From Lama guanicoe (lineage: Eukaryota), in the NCBI GenBank assembly GCA_013239625.1, contig MU054187.1, positions 2,489,757 to 2,553,756 of the forward strand: a stretch of 64,000 nt of DNA, given 5' to 3'. Positions 13,632-26,600 of this stretch are shown in pieces. The translations under genes and the position numbers were made by a program. The notes under the pieces are model-generated. The model did no database searches. It was not told where the DNA came from and worked only from the letters and a program-made list of their open reading frames with translations. The first letter of the stretch is position 1. Every line of letters starts with the position of its first letter.

Positions 13632-14035
13632 TGAACCGCCTCATGGCTCCCTGACTTGCTGTCCAGGCAGCTCGGTTTCCTGTTTTAGGATGTACTGCTC
13701 GCGGTGGGGCTGGTGGGGCTCCATCTTCTCGTGTCCCTCAGCCAGTATGTCACAAAAAGGGAAAAGTGGGGCTTAAACACAGTACTTCCCATGTTTGGAA
13801 ATTCACTAATTGTTGGTAACCCAGGAGTAACTGACTTTCAAGATGCAGATTTTTGAAAATCAGGCATTTCCATTTGCTTAAGACAAGCCTGTTTAATAAA
13901 GAAAAAAGTTCTTGGAATTAAGTTCTCACCTTGAAAATACTTAAAAATTAATAGTTGAAGTATATCATTATTAGAAAAAATCATTATGCACGTAGCCAAT
14001 ATTTGCAACTTTTTTCACTTAAACATTTTTTTTAG

Positions 14036-14373
14036 AAATCCTGTGCAAACCTATTCCATTCTTTCTCCGAGGACAACCGATTCCAAAGCGCATGCTCCCC
14101 CCCGAGGCGCTGGTGCCCTATTACACTGACGCGAAGAACCGCGGCTACTTGGCAGACCCTGCCGGGTTTCCCGAAGCAAGACTTGAGCTCGCCAAGAAGT
14201 ACGGTTATGTCTTACCTGATATCACCAAAGATGAACTCTTCAGAATGCTCAGTGCTCGAAAGGATCCAAGGCAGATTTTCTTTGGTCTTTCTCCTGGCTG
14301 GGTGGTGAACATGGCCGACAGGAAGCTGCTCAAGCCCACAGATGAGGATCTGCTCCAGTACTACAGCTCGTGA
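14036..14373 (+). CDS. MRPL15: MRPL15 coding exon 5 (to TGA)
   Basis: Acceptor poly-T-AG. Encodes (E)[41 protein letters not shown]...LLQYYSS*. Exon lengths sum to 108+155+166+124+338=891 nt = 296 aa, the recalled length of human MRPL15. Confidence 0.97.
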
Positions 14374-14457
14374 GCCCTTCGCGGCGGGGCGTGCCCCTCG
14401 GCAGGTGCTGCTGTTCTCTGCGGCAGCGTGTATCTTTCTCTGTTTCATCTAAATTGA

Positions 14458-14463
14458 AATAAA
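14458..14463 (+). terminator. Candidate proximal polyadenylation signal of MRPL15
   Basis: AATAAA 85 nt after the stop codon. Confidence 0.55.
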
Positions 14464-15194
14464 AATGCAGTAAGCAAGCACTGCATAGAGGAGCTGGATC
14501 TGTGTGCGTCCTCAGAGACCCAGGCTCCCTTGCTCTCTGCCCAAGGACGCGTGTAACTCTCAGAAAATTTCCAGTCGGGTTTTTCATCGTCTTTTCCTCC
14601 AGGTCTTGTCTCATCATGGCTGCAGGTCCAAGTGAACGTGCAGGGGGGGGGGGGGGGGGGGGTGGCGCTGCTGGGGCGAGGTCAGGGGCTGCCGATGAGC
14701 TGGTGAGCTTCTTAGTAGCCGCAGGGAAGCTCTGCTCCCCAGGGCCGGGACAGCAAGCCTTCAATCGGGCCGCTCGGAGGCGGGTGTGGGCTTAAGGCTG
14801 AGGCTGGTGAAGAGCTTGTAAGTAGTTCGGTGTCTGCTAGCAAAATAGAGACAAAAATTCCAAGCAAATTCAGTTTCTCAACTCTGGTGAGTCGACAAAA
14901 ACGATCGAGCCATCAGCGAGGAAGGTAGATGTTCTAATTCTGATGGATGTGATTTGACCTTGGAAACCTTTGTCTTTCAGTCCTTGTAAATGATTTTGAA
15001 AAAGTGTTCAATGGTTATATAAGCCATAAAAACAATTGGTCATGTGAAAATTAAACCCGATTAACATGAAAGGCTCAGCAGTCAGTAAGCTCATTAGCTT
15101 TGTGAGGATCTGTTGTAGCTAAACCGTACGAAAGCTTAATTTGTCTCGATGCAGTTGAATCTTGAATAATTCATGATAATTCTTCTACAGTAGA

Positions 15195-15200
15195 AATAAA
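15195..15200 (+). terminator. Candidate distal polyadenylation signal of MRPL15
   Basis: AATAAA ~820 nt after the stop, followed by GT/T-rich sequence (gtgattgctgtctgttt) and ATTAAA. Confidence 0.5.
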
Positions 15201-15317
15201 GTGATTGCTGTCTGTTTATTAAAACAAAAAAATTAAAAATCTGAGTACAGTTAACTTATCTACCTCATATATTGCTGACCTAAGTTTCATTCATTTTATT
15301 TTTCAATTATGTATATA

Positions 15318-15805
15318 TTTTTTATTGAAGTATAGTCAGTTTACAGTGTTGTATCAATTTCTTGTGTGCAGCGCAGTTCTTCAGTCCTGCGTGAACACGT
15401 ACATACTCGTTTTCATTCTCTTTCACCAGGTGACTGCGAGATACTGAGCATAGTCCCCTGTGCTGCACAGTGTAAACTTGCTGTCTATCCATTTGATACA
15501 CAGTGGTCAGTGTCTGCACCTCTCAAACTCCCAGTCCGTCCCTTCCCACCTCCTTCCCCCATTGGTAACTGTAAGTTTGTTTTCTGTGTCTGAATCTTTC
15601 TATTTTGTAAATAAGTTCATTTGTCTTTTTTTTTTTGATTCCACGTATAAGTGACATCATATGGTATTTTTCTTTCTCTTTCTGACTTACTGCACTTAGA
15701 ATGACGATCTCCAGGTCCATCACATTGCTACAAATGACATTATCTTATTATTATGGCTGAGGAGTAGTCCACTGTGTAAATATACCACAACTTCTTTATC
15801 CAGTC
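15318..15805 (-). mobile_element. L1 3' end
   Basis: Starts tttttattgaagtatagtcagtttaca. The minus-strand ORF at 15523-15723 gives the ORF2 terminus ([27 protein letters not shown]). Confidence 0.9.
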
Positions 15806-17431
15806 ATAAGATTCAGCTTATAAATAATTTATGTATCAAGAGTACATTTCAGTTTTTATCTAGTATTATATAGTTTGGCTTGTTTTTAGACCATTTCTTA
15901 GTAGAACCATCTCTGATAGTCACCTATGAATTTCAGAGGATAGGAAAAAATTTAAAAACATATTTTCACTTTACGGAGACACTACGTGACAGAGCTGGGG
16001 TCTTGGCTCCATTGATAAGAACCCAAGTCACAGTGGCTTGAGTGAGAGAGTTTCTTTTTCTCTCAGAGATGGGGTGTGGAGACCAGTGTAGGTCTCTGAG
16101 CCCCTCCCCGCCCTCTCCTATCTCTAGAGCGAGATGTGTCTCTTCAGGATCCACAGGGACCAGCAAGGAGCCAGCTTTTCCTAAGAGAGCATCTGAAAGC
16201 TGCCACACGAAACCTGGACTTAGATCGCACTGGCCAGAGCTTGGGTCCAGCCCTTCTGTCTCACAAGGGGCTGGAGTCTTCTTTGGCAGCGTGTGTTCTT
16301 AGCTAAAAAATTGTTACGGGTGGGAAAAGAGAGTGGCCACACTGGACAACCCATGAGGGGACTCACTCCTTTTTTGGTGTTGACCAAACTTCAGCCCTGA
16401 GGTTACTTGACTTACGGTAGACAAACATCTGGAAAAGTGCAGAATTCTTTAATTCTGTGTTTTGCAGCATACCCACCATTCTGGAATGCTGGGCTCAGTA
16501 AGTTACAGACCGGAGCTGGTTAGTTCATCAGCCTCGGTAAGCACGGTGTCCTTGAGGGAGAGCGATGACAGCCCTGGAAGCCGTCTCTTCTCTGCCTGCC
16601 TTTTCTCAACGTTCTGGCGGTAAAGCCGCCTTACACTTCCTGTTAGGTCTCTGAAACGCCGTGTCTGAATAGCATGCACAGAAGAGGGGGTGACAGATTG
16701 CGCAGAAAAACACAAGGTGCAGAGAAACTGTTTATTGACGATGACAGCGACTCACTGGGTCAGGAGTAGAGTACATGTTCTTTTTTAAAAATCACTGCTG
16801 GTGAGAGTCCCAAAAAACTGCCTTTCATTGTTTTTGAAATTATGTAATGCTGAGTCTAAAAAGTTAAAGTCCACATTCTCTGCCTGTTGTCAGCCCCCAC
16901 CTCCTTCCAGAGGAAATTAAACCACTGTTGAGTCTGTCTGGGGTCTTTTTTTTTAATCAAAAAGGTGTAGACTGTGGATAAAGGCAACGACCTTCCTCAT
17001 TGCATTTAATCTCTTTTCAGAGGCGCCTTCCTTGAGGGGCAGCTGCACCCTTAAACCACTGAATGAGGAGCCTGTAGCTAGTCACTTTGTCTTTTTACCT
17101 GTAAGATGCAGTCACAACCTTTGTGTAATGCAGGAGTCGTGTTGAGTGGCGCCTGAAGTTCCTCTGGGCTCTAATACAGTGATGATGGAGCTGTTGCCTG
17201 GGGCCGAGGAAAACGCTGACCTCCACCTATTTGCATAGAAATGAACTTCCTTGTGTTTAAACACCTCCTGTTCTGTGTCGGGCCTGGAGTTGCAGACAGA
17301 CATGCCAGCCCGCTTTCTGTGCCAGCAAGGGCATCGCTCCAGGGGGGCTGCCGCCCCGCCCACGTGCTGCTGGACGCCCTCTTTTTGTGATTCAGTTCAC
17401 AGCTGTGTTTTGGAGGGACCGGTATCTTCAG

Positions 17432-17948
17432 TGTTACGGAGTCCAAACTTGTGCCGCTCGCCGCGTGACAGGCCAGTAAGTCGGGAGACGAGGTGTTGGG
17501 GCAAGGGACAGTGACTTTATTTGGAGAGCCAGCAGACCTGGCAGGTGGCAGGCCGATGTCCTGCACAACCGTCTTCCCCAAATCCGAATTCAGGCTCCTT
17601 TTATACTAGAAAGGGGAGGGGGCGTGATTGGTTTTTGCAGACATCTTGGTGTTGGAATCTTTTGTTCTTGCAGCTGTCCACGTGGGCCAGGTCACGGTGT
17701 CCCTGTAAACCTCCATCAAGACAAATGTTATTTTCTATCCTGCAACTTCTTATCTCTGTACAAATGGAAAAGTGTTACACCTTTAAGGGTCAGAGCCTTG
17801 AGAAGGGGCCGTCCTGGGCATTTCAGGCTACAGGCAACATCGTTTACAAAAGGTGCAGAAGCAGCACGACTGAGCCCTGGAAACAGCCCAGGGCGAGAGC
17901 CAAAGGGACAGATCGCCCATGGGGGCAGATGTGTTCTTTCCTATGACA
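17432..17948 (-). mobile_element. ERV1-class solo LTR with 4-bp TSD
   Basis: TGTTA...TGACA termini flanked by TCAG on both sides (17428-17431 and 17949-17952). AATAAA on the minus strand near 17516. Confidence 0.75.
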
Positions 17949-19510
17949 TCAGCACATGGTTCTCGGGATCCGGGCGAGGCAGCAGTCACATGAAGGTCGC
18001 GACATGGCAGGCCCTCCCGTCTCAGGACGTACTTGAGGCCCTTGGACGGGTCCCCAGAGCAGCAGTAGAAGGTGGAAGAGGAGATGGGCGAGCACCAGGC
18101 TGTCTTCCCTTGGCTGTCTTCAGCGGCCTTCAGGTGAGAGGAAACCAGGATGGACCGATAAAGGAAGACTGAAAACAGGAAACAGCTGCCTGGGGTCGCG
18201 CCCTGCTCAGGGAGCCCCTGTTCAGGGAGCTGGGGCTTAGTCACCCGCAGCTGTTTCCTGGGCTTGACACCACAGTCGTGCACATCATTCTCAGCTGAAA
18301 CAGGCACGTTCCACACAGCCCGTCCCTCCATGGCTGCATGGCAGGGAGGCTCCAGTTCAATGCTGCCTGGCGCCCTGGGCTGCTGGTCATTCCCAAGGGT
18401 GATGAGGGAGCATCCGGGGCCGGGGCAGCTGGAGCTTAGGAAGAGTTCACGCCACTTGGAGATCTAAGGATAAAAGCAAGACACCCTGGGTTGTCACTGT
18501 ATGTGGCCTGTGTGTGTCCAAGACCAGAGGCTCTCGGGTTGACAGGCATTAGCAAAGACCTTTGAGCACCTTGGAATTTCCTGGGTTTATTCTCCTTTCT
18601 TAACGTTGCTTTGTTCTTTGGAACATGGGGCGGCTCTGCAATGGGGGAGATGTCAGATGCCAGCAGGGTGGCCCAGCCTAGCATGTGCCAGAGGGCAGGG
18701 CGTCCAGACGCAGGGCGGCCGTGTCTGGCTGCGTGGGCTGCTGTGGGCAGTAGCGCCCCAGGTGAAGCGTTGGCCCTCTGCTTTGGCAGACGAGGGAGGG
18801 ACCCACAGAAGTGATGAGCGGTGACCTCTAACATGCTTTCCAACCCTGCAGCCTCTGGACGATTCTCCTTTCTGCTCTAAGGAGGGAAAGTGGACTTTCA
18901 ATGCCACAAACAAACTGTAAACAAAACCAACTTAGCCGTCAGAAATGAGGCAAGACTGCCACCTGGTGACCACATGCGAACACTTCCCAGGGTTTCCAGG
19001 TCTGACCCTGGTCCGGCTTAATCAGGATCCCTGATGGGTCGTGAATTTGTGCATTCAGCCAGCCTGAAGGGCTCACGCAGCAGGCACAGCCCAGATCCAG
19101 GAGCTGCTGCAGCCAGAAAGGCAGTGATCGCCTTACACAGACGGATGGGAAGGAGCAGAGCACCAAGTGCAGGGGTAATTAAGTCGCGGGGTGTAAGTGC
19201 TGTGGGTGGCCCGCTCCCGACACTCTGGTCCACCCTGAATTTTAAAGGAATTGGACCCTGAGTCTGGGCGTGGCAAACCCAAGTTCTGCCTTGGTTGTAG
19301 TTGGTGACAAAGAGGGAGGGGGAGGAATCCAACCCCAAAGCAGCAGCGACGGCTTTTACACTGATTCTCACGTAACTCTCAGAAGTGCTCTGTGGTTATG
19401 TGACTTGCCTGAGTCTCCAAAACTGACACTCAGGGGGCCTCCTCGCATCTTAAGAGTATAGAAGGGAGAAACTCTTACTTTCTGAGACTATACATTAACA
19501 CAAGCATTTG

Positions 19511-19644
19511 ATTTTTTGGTGGTGTGGAAGGTAATTAGGTTTTTTAAATACTATTTAAAAAAAATTTAATGGAGGTCCTGGGGATGGAACCCCGGACCTT
19601 GTGCCTGTTAGGCACGTGCTCTGCCCCTGAGCCGTACCTTCCCC
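19511..19644 (-). mobile_element. tRNA-derived SINE (Vic-1-like), diverged
   Basis: Reverse-complement SINE, with an imperfect TSD ttaacacaagcatttg / ttaacatacacatttg. Confidence 0.85.
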
Positions 19645-20466
19645 CTTCTTAACATACACATTTGAAAGCAGCTGCAGACTGTTTAGGAAAGAGACACCCC
19701 AGACGCTGTGCACTCCCGAGCTAGCATTAAATGTGGTGGCAAAGCGGTTTAAAGCGGGAGAGTCTGAATGAGGCGGTCCTGGGTTTGTGTCCTGAGTGGG
19801 CTGCTCACCAGGAGGCCAGTATTGCCCCGGGTGGACATTAAAGCTCAAAGCCGCAGCAGCTTCTGCGGCAAAGTGGAAGAGCCGGGGTGGCATGGGGCTG
19901 GGGTGAGAGAGAAGGTATTGGGTCGTCGGCAAGCGCTGGGCAGCGCAGGGTCCGAGAGGCACCAGCGCTTGCTGTTCTTCTGAAGAAATGATACGCACGG
20001 CTTCAGGGAAGACGGGCCCTGGTGACACACACCTCTCCTTGCGCAGCAGAATCTCAGGGCACACACTTGGGCTGGGCTCCCCGCACCTGCTGCAGCCAGA
20101 GGGGAGTCAGTGTGTGTCCACTCATCTGCCTGGACCAACAGGCTGGGCACCTGCCGTGATGTAGCCCATGCCAGCTGCTGGGGAGACAGAATGGACCGTG
20201 GAAACGCTGCCCTTAGAGCTGTTTTCACAGTAAGGCAGTCGGCAGAGGAGAAAGTGGGCAGGTTCTTAGATGCGTAGTTACAAAATTAGGGGTGAGCATT
20301 GAAGGAGATTCACTTAGGACAATCGTTTTTCTGCAATTAGTAATCAACACCACCAATTCAACTAAAAGAGAGCCCCTTGGAGAAAAGGGGGAAAGCAAAT
20401 CTGACTTATTAACGTCCAAAAAGATCTTTTCAAATCATTACAACTTTCTAATTCTGTTTAAACAAC

Positions 20467-20640
20467 CAGGCTTGACAAACTCGTTGAAATTCCATGAACC
20501 AGCAGCACTGGCATTTCTAGGGAGCTTGTTAGCAACGCAGAATCTATCTCAGTCCTCATCCCTTACCGTCTGAGTAAGAATTTGCATTCTAACAAGATCC
20601 CAGATAATTTTTGTACACGTGAAAGTTTGATAAGTTCTGA
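20467..20640. mobile_element. MER5A-like hAT/Charlie DNA transposon relic
   Basis: gggagcttgttagcaacgcagaat...gaatttgcattctaacaagatcccagataat...gtgaaagtttga. Confidence 0.7.
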
Positions 20641-20663
20641 AAGAAGTCATAAAGCTTGAATAT

Positions 20664-20697
20664 TGCAGTACCTCACCTATAGCACGAGAGGGCGCCA
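20664..20697 (+). promoter_or_regulatory. CTCF motif with upstream (U) module
   Basis: TGCAGTACC, then 6 nt, then ATAGCACGAGAGGGCGCCA. Both core and upstream module are present at the expected spacing. Confidence 0.7.
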
Positions 20698-23600
20698 TTT
20701 CCTCAAATTTCTTACACTTCCTAAGGGTGACTTTAGAACCATTGCTGTAAGTCGTTTTTTTTGTGATTAAACTTTTTTCCTCCATCGGAATAACATTTCG
20801 CTCTTTAAAAGAAGAGTAGACAAAGGCAATACAAAAATATTTTGAACGATATACAAATTGTATTTGATGAATGATTGCGGAGGAGGAATGTTTTAAAATT
20901 TCTCTATTAAGGCCTAAACCATTTTAGAAAGACTGAGACAATGATTGTTCTAAAAGTCCAGGTAGCTATTTGAGAATGAAATGACATTTGTATAGTAGGT
21001 TGAGTTGGCGCTACAATAAAAAATAGGTATGTTAAATTGAATAACTTTTGCATTAAAATACAGGGGTGTGTGTGGTTTATTTCAGGAAGTACACCTATTA
21101 AAGAAATGTGAAAAAATGTAAAAACAAGGATGGCGTCATTTTATAATGACATGAATAAACCATAAACATTTAACCCACTAAACCTCACCATCCAAGACTC
21201 CTAGTCAAGGTTACTGGTCAAAATGAACTCCCTGCTTCTTTTCTTTAGAACAAACAAAGAAACCTATAACTTGAGACCACAGGCTCACCCGCCACGGCTG
21301 GGCCAGTGACAGAGAGGGAGCTTGGAATGGCTGTTTGCCTGGCACCCTGGCCTCGCAGCTGCTGCCAGTTGGGGAGGGTGGGGCCCTGGAGCAGCTCCTT
21401 GGGGCACTTCTGTCTTCTCCGCTTCCAGGTTCCAGGAGCAGGCTTCCTGGAGAGAGGTTCCCAGCTTGCGTGGGGCCCGACTGCCCTGGAGAAGTGAGGG
21501 CACTTTTTCTATCACTCCTGGCCTGCCTTCTGCCCGTGTGGATAGTCACCTCTTGAGCTGCTGTTGGAAGATGCAAATAAATGGCTGTGGATGGATAAAA
21601 CCATCTGAGAGAGAAACGAGGAATTCTGGGAAGCAGTTCATAAGCGTGCGAGGCCTGCACAGCCTCACCGACGAGAGAGAAATCATAGCATCCAGCGTCG
21701 GTGAGCGTGTGCGGAGCCGGGCGCGCTCGGCCTCCTTGCTGAGACCCTCTCTCTGCCCAGGCTTTGCGTGCGCAGCTTGACCGACTGGCCAAAATAAAAC
21801 ATACTCAGACTTCTGGGCCCAAAGCGCCAGAGGCCCGTCCGCCCGGGCGGCCCTTGCAGCCAGGAGCCAGCATCTGACCAGCTTCCTCTCCTGCGCACCT
21901 GCCACCCAGGCCTCGGCCGCTTGTTCTCATTTCCCACCAAAAACCGCAGAGCAGAACTTTGGTCCCTTCAGCCAATGACTTGTCAAGTGAAGAGTTCAAA
22001 GTATTCTTCAGACGTTTCCCTTAGAAATACCAAATTGCTCCAAAAGCGAATGCGAGGGAGAGGGACCGAGGGTGATTCAGGGCTGAAAGGTCTTAGACGT
22101 TCCGAAGAGAATTGTGAAATAAAGGCTTTTCCAGTTGGACGGAGCAACCCATCAGCCACTCCACGCCCGCCCGCCCGCTGGTCACTCACACTGGGGACCG
22201 GGAGAGGGTGTCCTGGCCTTGGTCCACTCCCTCTTCTGATGGCTTCTCCCCGGGGAGAGCCTTTCCCACCTCCCGCCAAGGTGTGTGAGCTGTCAGGTCG
22301 GAAATAGAATCCAGTGTTCCAAGTCCTGCTGTCACACGAAAGAAGACCAACGAGGCTGTCACGGGCTCCCAAGGACGCATCAGCAAGCTAAGCTTCAGTA
22401 ACCAGAGATGGAAAAACGAGGGGAAGAGTGGCCGGTGCGCTTGCACCGAACCACAAGGCCCGTCACCCGCTTGCTGGGACTTCTCCGCGTGGGTCTGAGT
22501 GCTGGCCCCTGGTTCTGTACGTTTAACTCCATCCAGGGGAGAGTGGCCTTGCGGCTGTCCCTCAGAGCTGCAGAAAACCGGCTCACTTGCCTGTCCCTCT
22601 CCTGATCGCCCCCACCCCAATTCCAGATGTCTGTGGGACGGGAGAAATGGGGGAGCGGTCAGGAGTTTAGCGCATTTCATCTTGTCTTCCAGGCACCCTG
22701 CTCAGTCTGCGAAACTCAGATGGAAAGGCTTGTCTTTGTAAAACTCTCATAATAAGTAATAATACGAAGTAATAATATTAAGAAATAAGTATTTCTTAAA
22801 AGCAGAAAACAACCGAAGCATACCGCGTGCTGACAACGTACCGGCCCTCGGCTCCCTATAGAAGTGACCTCACGACCCTCAGCTGGGGGCCAGCAGGACC
22901 GCCTTCCACAGGGCTCTGAGGCCCCGCCGCCCTGGCATCTGGACGCTGGCTGGGCCAGCACGGGGCTCTGCCACCCGCAGTCCCCACCCCTGTGGTCCTC
23001 GCGCCTCCCTGTCTTCCCGGTGGTGTGGAGGATGCGCAAGGCCTCGCTGTCTCCAGAGACAGGCGGTTGAGGATGCCATGGAAAGGACCGTGGCCGAGCT
23101 CTGAAAGCTGGACACCTCCGGTGGCGTCAAGGAAGCGGCAGCAAGAAAACAAACCTTGGAGGAGGGGTGTCTGAGGCTGGACGCAAGTCCAGGGGAAGAC
23201 GGTGGCGCCAGCTTTGCAGAAATGCTGTGGGTGGCCGTGGTGGCCTGGGGACGTGGATGGCCACGGCCCGGCCAACGGGCCACTTGGGAGGAGAGCTGTG
23301 CTCTTAACTGGGAAAGGCCTGGAAGCATCCCAGCGAGTTGATTTTTCCTTTTTATGTTTATGGCGGAGTGACGTGGCAAAAACCTGTATCTCCGTAGGTC
23401 GAAGAAGGCGCTTTTAGGAGATATAAAATAAAAAACCTGAAGTGATGAGAAGGTTCTGTGTCGTAATTTAACTGGCCTTGTGTGCGTGTGTTTCCTCTCC
23501 TTAGTGGCTCATCAAATAGCAGCGCATCTCACAGCTGACGTTTTAGACGTGTTGAAATTTGTTTTTAGGTTAATTTTACAGATGAGGAATGGAGGCACAG

Positions 23601-26600
23601 AGAGGTTTAACAGTGTGCTCAGGTTGCACAGCTGGTGGTGGGAAGACGCGGGTCAAACAGGCCGCCCAGGGCCGTCCCTGTGCTGCGGGGTGTGTGCTGG
23701 GGGGGTGTGCCGGGGTGGGCCTCGCCGCCCCCCGCCCGCTGGCCTTGGTTCCTGCCTGTCGTCTGAGCCCAGTTTTCCGGGGAGCCTGAGCAGCTCGGTG
23801 CACTTTTCTGCTGGAACCCGCCTGGGCCGGCTTCTCGGCTGACGGAGATGCTGTGAAATGACAGCGGCTGTCAGTTCCTCCGGACGACCGAGCTCCGGGG
23901 CTCCTTTGCTTTTGTCTTTCCTTCAAGGTCCGCCCTCGTGGCGATGCCTTCGGGCTCCCGCATTCCCGCTGAGACACAGCCTGTGCTTTCTGCACGTTTC
24001 CTTCACCTGCGCGTGTTTTCCCTAAACAAGCGAGGTCTGCTGGGTAGTTGCGAAAATTCATGCTGTCACGGTCCCCAGACTGATCATTCGCCCGAGAGCA
24101 CACTGAGCTTCCCTTGTAGTGATTTAGACACTTGTAAGTTTATTGTTTAGAATTATTCATTTGATTATCTGCCTTCCCCGTTAGGCTCCGTTCACTGGGG
24201 TAGGGGTCTGCGCCGTTTCATGCCTGCTACCAGGTAAGCACTCAGAAACCATATTACTGACCTGAAGTTTTAGAGCCTGAGGGCCTCAGAGGCCCTCTGA
24301 CCACATGCTGCTGGTGTACAGATGCGGGAGCGGGCTGAGGTCTGGGGAGGTGACGCACCTGTGCTCCGTCCCCGCAGGGAGGGGCCGTCTGCACGGGACC
24401 CGGATGACTTCACTCCAGTTCCTGGTCCCTGCCCCAGGCCTGGGTCTCTGTCTGTGTCCCATTGTATGTGTCCTTCCTGAATGTTCTATAGAGAAGACGT
24501 CAGTGCTGGTCGGTTATACCCAAACACGTGTGTTTGTAAATGTTAGTTTGCAGTGGTCCACCCCCATGATAGGAGATTGGCGAGGAGGACCATGAACAGC
24601 GGATGAGAGTCCAGGTTGACCCAGGCATCCTGGGGACAGAAAGGCGGGGAGCAGCAAGAATACGAGGCAGCAGCTCTGTGTGGGGCCCCAGCGGCAGAAA
24701 GCTCTTGTGTCAGGACAAAGCTGCCACCAAGAGTGGCTCCCGAGGAGTGGGGAGACAGGTGTGCCTTGTCCCCTGTTACCCAAGCTGCACGATGTGCACT
24801 TTGTTCCCTGCAGGGATGGTGCTGCGGGGGCTGGGAGGGCGCTGGGGGGCTACCTGACCAAGGGGCCTGGCTCTGAGACATCTCTGAAGGTGTAGCTGCT
24901 GTTTGGATAAGGTTGGGATCTGGCATTCCCTCCTGTCCGGGGCCTGCTACCTCCTTTTCCTAGCCCCAGGTGGACGTGCCCCACTGCAGACCGCGGCAGG
25001 CTGCCCGAGTGCCCTGGAGTGGGGGCAGGGGGCCCGGCTCGCCCACACAGGGGTCTTGAAAGGAGCCACCGTCGAATCCTCAGGTGGAGACACTGGGACG
25101 GACGTCCAAGGCAAACTGTATTTTGTCCCAGGAAAGGGGCAACATGTTGTTCCCACGTCCTGCCTGTAATTCCAATTCGTGTAGAAAGAAGAGGAAAGAA
25201 GGATGTGGCTGGAGCTCTCCTCTGACACTCGGGGACCTTCAGGAGAACGGAGATCCATCCGCCCTGCGAAGAGAGGGTTGTGCTGCAGATTCAAGTAAGA
25301 GGTTGCTGCCGGGGCCGGTCCCGCTGGCTCTCCACCTGACCTTAGGGGAGGGGGCCGGGGGTGCTCAGGATGGGTGAGGACAGCTGCCCACTCACCTGCA
25401 GCTCACCCAGCCGCTGTCACCTTACAGAGGGACAGTGAGGACGGTGAGGACTCTCGGTGTCGTGAGTGTGTGTGTGTGTGTGTGAGTGTGTGACAGAGAG
25501 AGGACCCACGGAGCCTAGGAAAACACAAACCTGGTCCCCCCGCTAGGTCCTGGTTTGCGAGGAGAGGGGTAGACTAGCTGCCGAGGGGATGAAGGTCTGA
25601 ATGGGGAGCATTAACCCCTGGAAACAGCACGGGAGGCGGGTGGGAGCTGGGAGCTGGGGGAGGGGCAGGCAGTGTGCTCCTGGGGTCCTTGCTAGGCACA
25701 TGGCTTGTTTTCAAGACCCTCAGAAGGGCTGACGCTGATCCCCAGCTTTCGAGGGGCCCGCCCTCCCTCAGGCTAGCGAGCCAGTCACTCCGGCACAGGT
25801 CTTCTAATTTCCCAGTGACGGTATGAGCAGCTTCCAAGAATGAGAATTTGCGGGTGAAAATCTATTTTCTATTAAGACACGAAGGCAAAGTTACAGCACA
25901 GAGAGCAGAGGAAAGAGAGAAGAGAGCGTCAAGCCCCGGCCCGGGCGCCGCCTCCGGCTGCGGGTGTCTGGGTGCACTGAGGATGCTGCAGCCAGGGTGC
26001 CGGCTCCCTCCCCGGACCACCGTCCCCTGATTCAGGGAGGATGGGGCACGTCTTCCACGTACAGCAGCCCTGAAGGCCTATCCCCCAGCAGCCCTGGCTT
26101 CTTCCTCGGGATGGGACCGCTGCTGGAGAGACAAAGCCTCGGGGTCTGCGGCCACAGCTACTCCCCTAGCGCTCCCAGGGGTCCGCGTGCCAGCGAGGGG
26201 CCCCGTAAAGCATCATTTGACAGCCTCCATCCTTTGCTTAGGAGCTGCGAACGGCAAGGCAGTTTGCTTTATAAAGCCCCTGTGTCCTCTTAAACTGCTT
26301 TTTAGGCAAGCTTTTCCTTCCCTGGTTTTTATGACGTTAATGTCCTCGGAACTCGTAGGCAAGTTCGCTTTCCCAAAAGATCGTCTCTTAGCCATGGTCC
26401 TGTTTCTTTCTCTGGCTCCTTGGTGTCAGGATGACAAGTGGCTCGTAGGTGTGGGGTCTGTGTAGGAAGTCTCCGACGTGGCCACACGGAGAATGTTTAT
26501 TGTAGAAAGGGAACTTTTGCCCTGTGAAGTCACCTCCTCCGCGTCTCCAGCAGCTTTCTGACATTCTATCACAGGAAATTCCTGGTGGTCCACAAAAGCC

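Noticed and set aside
17229..17244. Octamer with an adjacent SOX-like half-site (ATTTGCATAGAAATG)
   Set aside because: The SOX half lacks the ACAA core, so only a lone octamer is supported.
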